Positions 24,932 to 31,716 of a DNA stretch of 64,000 bases are shown in pieces (the first letter of the stretch is position 1; each line of letters begins with the position of its first letter). The stretch covers positions 71,371 through 135,370 of the forward strand of contig JAPLZC010000010.1 in the NCBI GenBank assembly GCA_026395215.1. Direction: 5' to 3'. The position numbers were made by a program, and so were the translations under genes. The notes under the pieces were generated by a model. It searched no databases. It saw only the letters and a program-made list of their open reading frames with translations, and was not told the DNA's origin. This DNA comes from Candidatus Staskawiczbacteria bacterium (GTDB taxonomy: Bacteria; Patescibacteriota; Minisyncoccia; Minisyncoccales; Staskawiczbacteraceae).

Positions 24932-24960
24932 AGTTTATCATATTATATAAACTATGTCAA
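24932..24960 (-). promoter_or_regulatory. Candidate promoter overlapping a 9-bp inverted repeat
   Basis: Minus strand reads TTGACA (24955-24960), a 17-nt spacer, then TAAACT (24932-24937). The inverted repeat ATAGTTTAT / ATAAACTAT (about 24930-24955) overlaps the -10 and spacer. It lies upstream of the HTH gene and downstream of secF. Confidence 0.4.
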
Positions 24961-24982
24961 TAGCAAAGCCGTAAACAACCAT

Positions 24983-25903
24983 TTATTGCTTATTTAAGCT
25001 ATGTTTATACCAGCTGACCAACAACGGGCTGGCAATGAATATAGAAGAATATGCCCCGGAGGTTATACCTATAATTAACGCTAACGCAAAATATTTGAGA
25101 GTCTCTCCTCCAAAAAAGTATAGTGAGACTAAAACAAATTCTACTGTCAAAACTGTACTAATTGATCTTCCTAATGTCTGAGTCAAAGATAAGTTTACTG
25201 TGTCTTCAAATTGTCCCATTCCCCTTCTCAAAATATTTTCTCTGATTCTGTCAAAAATAACAATTGTATCGTGGACTGAAAAACCCAAAATTGTCAGCAA
25301 AGCCGCAATAATTGGAATTGTAATTTCAACATTGTAAAAATGTCCTAAAATTGAAAAAATTCCAAGTGGTACTATAATATCGTGAATTAGGGCCAACAAA
25401 GAAGCTACGCCATATTTCCATGAAGAAACCGGCTTAGAAACCTTTCTAAAAGCAAAAGCAATGTACAAGGTAATTGCTACTAATGCTAGAAAAATAGCTA
25501 ATTCTGTTTTGTTTCTTAACTCCTGACCAACCGAGGCCCCAATATATTGAAAGCTTTTTTCCGTTAATGGGTTTGCTTTATTCAGTTCGGCCAATATTTG
25601 TTGGTGAGTCGCTTCATCAACACCCTTAAATTGCATAATAGCTCCGTTTTGTCCGGTTGGTTGAACTATAATCTCTCCCAAATTAAAAGCCTTTAATGTG
25701 TCTTGAATGTTTTCATTTGAAGGCCTGGCCTGTGAGAAATCAACCTGCATATTACTTCCCCCAACAAATTCAATGCCAAACTTTAGTCCATATGTGAACA
25801 AAGAAGCTATAGAAGCAATAATTAAAATTGCTGAGACTATGTAATAAATTTTAGAGAATTTTGTGAAATTAAATTGCATATATTTTATTGTTATAGTAAC
25901 CAT
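24983..25903 (-). CDS. secF: Protein translocase subunit SecF
   Basis: 306 aa. GIEFVGGSNMQVDF motif and six-TM C-terminal topology, directly downstream of secD. The start may instead be the internal Met (MQFNFTKF, ATG at 25879), because the annotated start overlaps secD by 13 nt. Confidence 0.9.
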   Translation of the reverse strand: MVTITIKYMQFNFTKFSKIYYIVSAILIIASIASLFTYGLKFGIEFVGGSNMQVDFSQARPSNENIQDTLKAFNLGEIIVQPTGQNGAIMQFKGVDEATHQQILAELNKANPLTEKSFQYIGASVGQELRNKTELAIFLALVAITLYIAFAFRKVSKPVSSWKYGVASLLALIHDIIVPLGIFSILGHFYNVEITIPIIAALLTILGFSVHDTIVIFDRIRENILRRGMGQFEDTVNLSLTQTLGRSISTVLTVEFVLVSLYFFGGETLKYFALALIIGITSGAYSSIFIASPLLVSWYKHSLNKQ

Positions 25904-27330
25904 TTAGCTTTTTCGGCCCATTTGCCGATAAAAACCATCAATAATATTCTCGTTATAAATATTGCTGAAAATAAGCTCACTAAAATACCCAGCGCCAGTG
26001 TAAAAGCAAATCCTTTGATAAATGATGTTGTTACAAAAAACAAAATTGCGCAAACAATTAAGGAATTTGAATTACTATCGCGAATTGACGGCCAAGCTCT
26101 TTTGAATCCTTCTTCAATTGCTGTGGCTAATCCTTTGCCCAGTTTTATTTCTTCTTTCATTCTAGCAAAAATTAATATATTAGCATCAACTGCCATACCA
26201 ATAGAAAGTATAAAACCTCCAATGCCGGCTAATGTTAAAGTAACCGGAATCAATTTAAAAATAGACAATACCAGTGCTACATATATTACAAGAGCTATAG
26301 ATGCAAGAAGACCTGGCAATCTATAAAATACCACCATGAAAATTGCTATCATTAAAAGACCATACAAACCCGCTACAAGCGATTTTTGCAAAGATACCGA
26401 GCCTAAAGTCGGCCCAACTGTTTCTTGGGAAATAGGCGAACCAATCTTTACAGGCAAGGCTCCCGAGTTTAACCTTGAAGCAATTGAGGTTGCAACTTGG
26501 TTAGACATATCTCCGGTAATAACCGCCTTCCCACCTGTAATTTTATTTTCAACTATTGGAGCATATAAATCTTGATTATCAATTTTTCCATCTCCATTAG
26601 TGTCTATAATAGAAGCTCCATCCAAAAATATTGCAATTGGTTTTTTAATGTTTCTTCCGGTAACATCAGCAAAAATTTTATCTCCGTCTGCGTTAAACTG
26701 TAATTGAATTTGAGGCTTATAGGTTGTCTGGTCAAAAATAATTACTGCTTTTGTCAAATACTTTCCAGTTAATTCTGTAGGCTTAAAGAATGCTGCCTGA
26801 CCCTGTAATGCAAGCTGCCAATCTTTAATCTTTTCAATATCCTTTATTGTTGCCCCCTCTTTGCTCTGAGCATCCTGAACTTTTTTTATAACATCTTGAA
26901 TATACTTTATTTCTTCTTCAGACTTTTGTTCACCAAATTCCAAATATGGTGTTTGACCAATCATTTGTATTGCCTGCTGGACATTTGTAACTCCCGGCAA
27001 TTCAACAGACAATCTGTCCTGCCCTTGTATTTGCACAACCGGTTCTGAAACTCCAAACATATTAACTCTTCTTTCAATTATGTCGCGAAGTCCTGACATT
27101 GCTGTTGCTTTGTCTGTGGTCTGGCTTAAATCTGCTTGGTATACCAAACTTACTCCACCCTGCAAATCCAGGCCTAAAATAAAAGGCTTATCGGGAAATT
27201 GAGGAAGAGTCCAAGATAATTTATCATTTAAAAACTTTATCCCATTGTTAAAAGGAGTTGGATAAGCAAAAATTCCGGCCAATACCGCCAGAATTAAAAC
27301 TCCAATAAATATATAATGTTTCTGCGCCAT
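25891..27330 (-). CDS. secD: Protein translocase subunit SecD
   Basis: 479 aa. LGLDLQGGVSLVYQAD motif, a large periplasmic-type domain and a C-terminal SecD/F transmembrane bundle. Confidence 0.92.
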   Translation of the reverse strand: MAQKHYIFIGVLILAVLAGIFAYPTPFNNGIKFLNDKLSWTLPQFPDKPFILGLDLQGGVSLVYQADLSQTTDKATAMSGLRDIIERRVNMFGVSEPVVQIQGQDRLSVELPGVTNVQQAIQMIGQTPYLEFGEQKSEEEIKYIQDVIKKVQDAQSKEGATIKDIEKIKDWQLALQGQAAFFKPTELTGKYLTKAVIIFDQTTYKPQIQLQFNADGDKIFADVTGRNIKKPIAIFLDGASIIDTNGDGKIDNQDLYAPIVENKITGGKAVITGDMSNQVATSIASRLNSGALPVKIGSPISQETVGPTLGSVSLQKSLVAGLYGLLMIAIFMVVFYRLPGLLASIALVIYVALVLSIFKLIPVTLTLAGIGGFILSIGMAVDANILIFARMKEEIKLGKGLATAIEEGFKRAWPSIRDSNSNSLIVCAILFFVTTSFIKGFAFTLALGILVSLFSAIFITRILLMVFIGKWAEKAKWLL

Positions 27331-27370
27331 TTTTTTGTTAGAAGTTAGTAGTTATAGGTTAGTAGTTAGT

Positions 27371-27399
27371 ATTATATCTCCACTTGTTAAAATAGTCAA
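27371..27399 (-). promoter_or_regulatory. Near-consensus sigma70 promoter for secDF
   Basis: Minus strand reads TTGACT (27394-27399), a 17-nt spacer, then TATAAT (27371-27376). It is followed by a leader of about 35 nt containing the direct repeat AACTACTAAC x2, then the secD ATG at 27330. Confidence 0.6.
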
Positions 27400-27415
27400 C
27401 CTTTCCATACTGTAT

Positions 27416-27901
27416 TTATAATTTTTCTAAGATCTTTAATTCTAGTTTTCCCGTTTCAGTATCATAAACTGCAAAAGATGCCATATAGAAATGCCCAGCC
27501 AATTCACCAGGATTTATCATATGACATTCCCTCCTTCGACTCAGCTCAGGACAGGCAACTTTCTCGTCCCACGGCCTATGAGTATGCCCATAAAAAACCA
27601 AGTCAAATTCGCCTGACTGCGCCAATTTTTTAGCCACGTTAGGAAAATGACAGAAAGAAATTTTCTTCCCATTTAATTCTAATTCCATCTTTTCCGGTAA
27701 ATCTAACTCGTAGTCCGCGTTCCCTTTCACAAATTTTATTTCCCCGCCGCTAAAATATTTTACCGCCTTATCAATTGTTTCCTGGCTAGCAATATCTCCA
27801 CAATGCAAAATCAAAGAAATTTTTTCTTTCTTCACCCAGTCAATCGCCTTCTCAAAATTCCCCCAATTGTCATGCGTATCCGAAACAACAGCTATCTTCA
27901 T
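27416..27901 (-). CDS. YfcE/MJ0936-type metallophosphoesterase
   Basis: 161 aa. Motifs VVSDTHDN, HCGD, GNADY and GHTH. It carries an atypical roughly 11-aa GC-rich insertion (ACPELSRRREC) between the GHTH and INPG motifs. Confidence 0.8.
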   Translation of the reverse strand: MKIAVVSDTHDNWGNFEKAIDWVKKEKISLILHCGDIASQETIDKAVKYFSGGEIKFVKGNADYELDLPEKMELELNGKKISFCHFPNVAKKLAQSGEFDLVFYGHTHRPWDEKVACPELSRRRECHMINPGELAGHFYMASFAVYDTETGKLELKILEKL

Positions 27902-27902
27902 T

Positions 27903-28316
27903 TTAATTAATTTTACCTAAATCTCCATTTAATATTATGGGTTGCATGGCTTTTATTTCATCGGCATAGGGCATATTGGGTATATCATTTATAAAATAAA
28001 GCTTCTTTCCTAAAACATGTGCGAAGCCAGCTTCCAAAAAAGAATTACCACCTACATAATTTTTAATTCCGTTTTTGTCGTAATTAGCAACAACTACAGC
28101 ATCATTATTTTTTATCTCCAAAAAATATTCTTGTATAAGGTTGCCCGCAATTTTTCTCATAGTTGATTCCCCGCCACTTTCAAAAGCCAATTCCCCAGAA
28201 ACATATTTTTCAGTGTCGTGGGGCAATAAAACCTCGTGACCTTTTTCCTCAAGCCGCTTTTTTATTTCCACCATCTCTTTTGAAAATGACATACTTCCAC
28301 AAATAGCAATCTTCAT
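27903..28316 (-). CDS. Nucleoside 2-deoxyribosyltransferase-like small Rossmann protein (tentative)
   Basis: 137 aa. MKIAICGSMSF start and ...GGNSFLEAGFAHVLGKKLYF pattern. The assignment rests on overall pattern only. Confidence 0.4.
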   Translation of the reverse strand: MKIAICGSMSFSKEMVEIKKRLEEKGHEVLLPHDTEKYVSGELAFESGGESTMRKIAGNLIQEYFLEIKNNDAVVVANYDKNGIKNYVGGNSFLEAGFAHVLGKKLYFINDIPNMPYADEIKAMQPIILNGDLGKIN

Positions 28317-28337
28317 ATTATTATGATTCTCCTAATA

Positions 28338-28808
28338 TTACTTATTTTTTACGGCTTTAAGCGCTTCGTTTGCATAAAATTTAATTTCTGAAGGCACGTC
28401 AAATTCTGGCTTCTCCAAATCCTCTTTACTAAACCACCTAATATCATTATGTTCCTCTTTATTAAAAATATACTTATCCGATTTAGCTTTCAAAAAATAA
28501 TTTAAAGCAACGTGTTTGTGCGTTTCTGAAATATCGTGAACATCTAAAAACATAGGATTATACAAAGGCTTAAAGCCAGGCCATTTGGACCCAGGCATAT
28601 TAGGTTTCCCCCCGATGATATCAACATCCAAACCACACTCTTCTTTTATTTCCCTAAAAAGCGCCTCCTCAGGATTTTCATTCAATTCAATATGTCCGCC
28701 TATTGATAGCCACTTTTTTAATTTTTTATGATTTATCAATAAAACTTTATCGTCATAAACAATAAACGCATTGACCACGAAATCTATTGACTCATGTATG
28801 TGTGCCAT
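28338..28808 (-). CDS. NUDIX hydrolase
   Basis: 156 aa. Nudix box GGHIELNENPEEALFREIKEECGL (GX5EX7REUXEEXGU). Confidence 0.85.
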   Translation of the reverse strand: MAHIHESIDFVVNAFIVYDDKVLLINHKKLKKWLSIGGHIELNENPEEALFREIKEECGLDVDIIGGKPNMPGSKWPGFKPLYNPMFLDVHDISETHKHVALNYFLKAKSDKYIFNKEEHNDIRWFSKEDLEKPEFDVPSEIKFYANEALKAVKNK

Positions 28809-28832
28809 ATATTTTATAATTTATTTTATAAT

Positions 28833-29039
28833 TTATTTGCCTATGTATTTAAATCTTGGCATTTTTTTACCATTTCTCTTAATCTCCTCAAAAAACATTT
28901 TACTCGGACGAACCCACAAATCATCCTTACTGTCTTTATATACAACAAACTCCTCCAGTGTTTCGCTATGGCGAGCAAGACCCATAACTTCATATTCTGG
29001 CCCCTTAAAATGTTTATATTTCCCTAATTTTATCTCCAT
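28833..29039 (-). CDS. DUF1653-like small protein
   Basis: 68 aa. KYKHFKGPEYEVMGLARHSETLEEFVVY...LWVRPSKMFFE matches the DUF1653 pattern as I recall it. Confidence 0.6.
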   Translation of the reverse strand: MEIKLGKYKHFKGPEYEVMGLARHSETLEEFVVYKDSKDDLWVRPSKMFFEEIKRNGKKMPRFKYIGK

Positions 29040-29047
29040 AAAAAAAA

Positions 29048-29323
29048 TTATAACTTTTTAAAATCCTTTATAAATTTTACGAAAATTTTTCCGTAAGGGG
29101 ACAATGCATGCAAAACCCGAGGTCCGCTATATTTTTTGTCTAACAAACCGGCGCTGACCAACTTTAGAGCATGCCCAGAAACGGTTTTAAAGTTACAACC
29201 TAGAGTTTTCGCAATTTCATCAAGAGCTATTCCCGAGCTCTCTGAAACTAAAAGCAAAATATCAATTCTTCGGTGATTGGCAATTCCTTTTACATGCTTT
29301 TCAACTTGTTTTGAAGTTTTCAT
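29048..29323 (-). CDS. ArsR-type winged-helix transcriptional regulator
   Basis: 91 aa. GIANHRRIDILLLV...LDEIAKTLGCNFKTVSGHALKLVSAGLL is a typical ArsR/SmtB HTH. Confidence 0.6.
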   Translation of the reverse strand: MKTSKQVEKHVKGIANHRRIDILLLVSESSGIALDEIAKTLGCNFKTVSGHALKLVSAGLLDKKYSGPRVLHALSPYGKIFVKFIKDFKKL

Positions 29324-29336
29324 TATTACATCTAAT

Positions 29337-29378
29337 ATACCACATTCTCATATTCTCGAGAATATAAGCATGTGGTAT
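29337..29378. promoter_or_regulatory. 42-bp near-perfect palindrome: candidate ArsR-type operator, or a bidirectional hairpin
   Basis: Outer arms ATACCACAT (29337-29345) and ATGTGGTAT (29370-29378). Inner perfect 14-bp palindrome TATTCTCGAGAATA (29351-29364). It lies 14 nt upstream of the regulator's ATG. Confidence 0.5.
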
Positions 29379-29390
29379 TAAGTTATAATT

Positions 29391-29693
29391 CTATGACTCG
29401 TCGAGAATTATTTTCTTTTTGAAACATCCTCTTTTTTCTGTTTTATCAGCTTTTACTTTTTCTAATTCTTTTTTATCAATTTTTTTAAAATCTACAATCG
29501 CATCAATAACCTCCAAAATATCCGTAATTTCTTCTGTGCTTTCATCAACCATAAACTCTCCCACTTCCTCTTGGAGCTTTTCTTTTAATTTCTGCCAATA
29601 TTCGATATCGTCGGCAACATGAATTTTTGCAACTTCTCCTTTGCTTTTTATAATATCGGGAATTTTATCTCTAACTAATTTATTGTATTTCAT
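29391..29693 (-). CDS. MazG-like nucleotide pyrophosphohydrolase (house-cleaning NTP-PPase type)
   Basis: 100 aa. YNKLVRDKIPDII...KLKEKLQEEVGEF...EEITDILEVIDAI matches the small all-alpha NTP-PPase pattern. Confidence 0.65.
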   Translation of the reverse strand: MKYNKLVRDKIPDIIKSKGEVAKIHVADDIEYWQKLKEKLQEEVGEFMVDESTEEITDILEVIDAIVDFKKIDKKELEKVKADKTEKRGCFKKKIILDES

Positions 29694-30565
29694 ATTCCAG
29701 CGACGCAGTTATTAAAAATATTTACTTGGTCGTTATATATGATAATATCTTTCTTTAGTTTTTCTGCCAAAGAATTATACTCTATAACCAATTGGTTATA
29801 ATCATTAATCATTTGGTTATATGGCGCAGATTTATGATTTGTATTATCAATTTGATTTTTCTTTTCGTCAATTTGTGAAGACAATATTTCCAACTGAGCC
29901 GTTTCCAAATCTATTTGATTTTTAAGGGCAACATCTAATTTTGCGCAAGTAGATAATGGAAGCCCAAATTCTTGTACTCCAATCCAAACGGTTTGGCCTT
30001 TATATATCCCCTTTATCATTGCCACTCCAATTTCAGTATATCTATTGTTCAAAATATTTGCTCTATGACCGGGGCTATCCATCCAAGCCTGGACAACTTC
30101 TTTTTCTGACGAAAAATTTCCCAGAATTAAATTCTCTCCTTCAACAATGTAATCATATCCATATTTCTGCGCCAGGTCTCCGGGCCCAACTCCACTGGGC
30201 GAAACGTGCTCAAAATATTGATTTAAAAATAAGTCTTGCGCTTTTGCCGAAGCAGCCTCATTAAGTTTTGCATTTTCTACCAATGCCGGCAAATTTCCAT
30301 TTTCCTGCCTTTGTAAATTTGTTTCTGAAATAATTTTACTTTGCAACAAAACAACATTTTTCTCAACCCCACCAACATTTAAAGGTGAAGAAGTAAATAT
30401 TTGTTTGCTAACCTCTGAAATTGTTTGCCCAATATCTGTTTTCTGAAAGCCTTGAACTTGTTTTCCTAAACCATTATAAAACCTCACGGCATCATCCTTG
30501 AAATACACGCCAGCACCAAAAGCTAACACAATTAAAATAAAAATAATTACTTTAGATATTTTCAC
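29690..30565 (-). CDS. Membrane-anchored CAP/SCP (YkwD-like) domain protein with a coiled-coil tail
   Basis: 291 aa with an N-terminal TM/signal anchor. CAP-domain motifs NLQRQENGNLPAL...AQDLF...FEHVSPSG...GENL...WMDSPGHRANIL...YTEIGVA. Confidence 0.8.
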   Translation of the reverse strand: MKISKVIIFILIVLAFGAGVYFKDDAVRFYNGLGKQVQGFQKTDIGQTISEVSKQIFTSSPLNVGGVEKNVVLLQSKIISETNLQRQENGNLPALVENAKLNEAASAKAQDLFLNQYFEHVSPSGVGPGDLAQKYGYDYIVEGENLILGNFSSEKEVVQAWMDSPGHRANILNNRYTEIGVAMIKGIYKGQTVWIGVQEFGLPLSTCAKLDVALKNQIDLETAQLEILSSQIDEKKNQIDNTNHKSAPYNQMINDYNQLVIEYNSLAEKLKKDIIIYNDQVNIFNNCVAGI

Positions 30566-30576
30566 TTATTTATTTA

Positions 30577-31713
30577 TTAAATTAATATATTCTGATTATT
30601 CAACTTCTCCCTGTCTGCCGACAGGCAGGACATTTTTACACCAATTAAACGAATCAATTTTTTATGCGGATTTTTTCTTTTATCTAAATATGGCAACAAA
30701 AGTTTTAGCGCTTCTATAGTAAATTCCTTTTCATTTTTTGTTTCTTTCTTCAAAGTCTTGGCCGTGGTTTTGGTTTCAAAATCAGAAAACCTTACAGTAA
30801 TGCCCACAGTTTTAAATGTTTTAAAACCGCTTTGCAAAAATCTTTTAAAAACGCTTTTGCACAAATTATCAAAAACTTCTCCAATGTAAATAAAATTTAA
30901 AGTATCATGTTGGAAAGTTGCCTGTTCACCAATGGACTTGGCTTCTCTATTTTCTTCCAAGGGCGAGTCGTCAATTCCTCTGGCTTTCAAATATAAATCT
31001 AATCCCCACTTCCCAAGTAAATCGTACAAATCTTCTCTTGAAAACTTTCTAACATCTTTTATTATCTTAATTCCCTGCTGGTTTAATTTTTCTTCGGTTT
31101 TAGGCCCAATCCCCGGCAGTTCTCTTATTGGCATAAGTTCTAAAAATTTCCCCTCCTGCCCCTCCTCAGCAATTACTAACCCATCTGGTTTTTTTGTTCC
31201 TGCTGCAATTTTAGCAATTAATTTATTAGACCCAATCCCTACCGAACACGTAACTTTTAATTTATCTTTAATTTCTTTTTTTATTTTCTTACAAATTACT
31301 TCTGCTTTTTTCCAGCCAAGAGCGCAGTCTCGCCCCAAGGGGGCGGAATAACTCAAATCAAAATAAAATTCATCTATACTTGCCGGCTCCATAATTTTGG
31401 CGTGCTTTCGTATAATTTCTAAAACCTGTGCCGACGCTTTGTTATATCTTTCAAAATCAACCGGCAAAAATACTACTTCAGGCTTCCCCTCTGCTTTTGC
31501 TTTCTGTGACAATCTCCAAGCCTCTGAAATTGGCAAGGCCGAATGTATCCCATATTCCCTAGCTTTGTAATTTGCCGTTGAAATAACTCCTCTACCAAGA
31601 CCTCCCTTTGGGTCTGACCCCACCGCAATTGGCAACCCCTTAAATATAGGACTCCCCGCTTCCTCTAATGAAGCAAAGAAAGCATCCATGTCCAAATGTG
31701 CAATTATCCTCAT
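30577..31713 (-). CDS. dinB: DNA polymerase IV
   Basis: 378 aa. IAHLDMDAFFASLE catalytic start, the SIDEFY region and the little-finger domain. The C-terminus is extended through a GC-rich imperfect palindrome (encoding SCLSADRE). Confidence 0.9.
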   Translation of the reverse strand: MRIIAHLDMDAFFASLEEAGSPIFKGLPIAVGSDPKGGLGRGVISTANYKAREYGIHSALPISEAWRLSQKAKAEGKPEVVFLPVDFERYNKASAQVLEIIRKHAKIMEPASIDEFYFDLSYSAPLGRDCALGWKKAEVICKKIKKEIKDKLKVTCSVGIGSNKLIAKIAAGTKKPDGLVIAEEGQEGKFLELMPIRELPGIGPKTEEKLNQQGIKIIKDVRKFSREDLYDLLGKWGLDLYLKARGIDDSPLEENREAKSIGEQATFQHDTLNFIYIGEVFDNLCKSVFKRFLQSGFKTFKTVGITVRFSDFETKTTAKTLKKETKNEKEFTIEALKLLLPYLDKRKNPHKKLIRLIGVKMSCLSADREKLNNQNILI

Positions 31714-31716
31714 TAT

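Noticed and set aside
25874-26575. Plus-strand ORFs (150 aa and 79 aa) antisense to secD
   Set aside because: They lie entirely within the well-supported secD coding region and have no motifs. They are shadow ORFs.
28811-28838. 12-bp tandem repeat ATTTTATAATTT x2.4 between the NUDIX and DUF1653 genes
   Set aside because: It is real in the sequence, but it is a very AT-rich low-complexity stretch in a promoter-like position. It is not distinctive enough to call a regulatory element or a finding.
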